From Vicugna vicugna (lineage: Eukaryota), in contig MU057809.1 of NCBI GenBank assembly GCA_013265495.1, forward strand, positions 746,001-806,000: 60,000 bases of DNA, written 5' to 3'. Below the pieces are notes generated by a model. That model made no database searches, had not been told where the DNA came from, and saw only the letters and a list, made by a program, of their open reading frames with translations. Below are positions 59,621 to 60,000 of the stretch, piece by piece. Numbering within the stretch: position 1 is the first letter of the stretch; the number at the start of each line of letters is the position of its first letter. Position numbers and translations under genes: made by a program.

Positions 59621-60000
59621 TACGCAGAGCCAGGCCACACCAGAAGGCTGCTGCCTCTCGGGGCAAGGAGAAGGCCGCTTGGGGACGCAGAAGGAACGAG
59701 GGAACTTTCTAGAATGATGGCCACATTCTGTGTGCTGCTGGGCACGTCTGTCACTTAAGATATTTACACCCCACACGTAGAGTTTACTTCAAGTGAAACT
59801 GCAGATTGAGCTCTAGTGAGTACATCTCACAGAGGCTGTGGCATCTGGTGAGAAGGGGGTTGATGTCTGTCATTCACTCTGAACCTAAGAGGTAAGAATT
59901 GATGGACTGATGGAGGAACAGCTAAGAAACAGACCAGGTGTGGTAAAACACGAATGGAAGACACGAGGCGATGAGTGGGTGTGTTACTGTAAAATTCTCT

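Larger units (their letters stand above)
56790..59795 (+). mobile_element. old L1M ORF2 + 3' UTR, central part GC-converted; interrupted by a younger L1
   Basis: aacaaattaccaaaatcagagatgaaaaaagggacat (~56950), cccaggcctagatggcttcc (~57715), collinear GC-shifted ORF2 at 57930-58790, and an L1ME/MC-like 3' end gagggaactttctagaatgatgg ... cacttaagatattt (~59700-59790). Confidence 0.75.

Noticed and set aside
29000..60000. Exons of the neighbouring gene MAD1L1 expected from human synteny
   Set aside because: No MAD1-like peptide was recognised in any frame. It is presumably beyond the window.
1..60000. Prokaryotic-type systems (CRISPR, operons, defence islands)
   Set aside because: The sequence is clearly mammalian, with no repeat-spacer arrays or gene-dense regions.

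Overview
This is a GC-rich mammalian genomic window, very likely camelid, because it carries five copies of a tRNA-derived Vic-1-type SINE. It contains one protein-coding gene, ELFN1 (synaptic LRR-FN3-TM protein, alias PPP1R28). Its whole 815-aa CDS lies in one exon (25361-27808, +), preceded by a tandem CAG/CAG splice acceptor and two short uORFs. The 3' UTR has no AATAAA. Bases 1-25100 read as ELFN1 intron, with a near-perfect REST/RE1 site and several homeodomain-motif clusters. Bases 33000-60000 are mostly nested transposon fossils: L1s (one 5'-inverted), an ERVL gag-pro-pol remnant, MLT LTRs, MER5A and SINEs. The most striking observation is that the CpG-island-like block at about 57950-59620 is an ancient, originally AT-rich L1 ORF2/3' end rewritten mostly by A/T->G/C substitution, consistent with an extreme GC-biased gene conversion hotspot. 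Smaller patches occur elsewhere, and ELFN1 itself may carry GC-driven amino-acid changes. Repeat family names come from by-eye recognition, repeat boundaries are approximate, and no searches were run.
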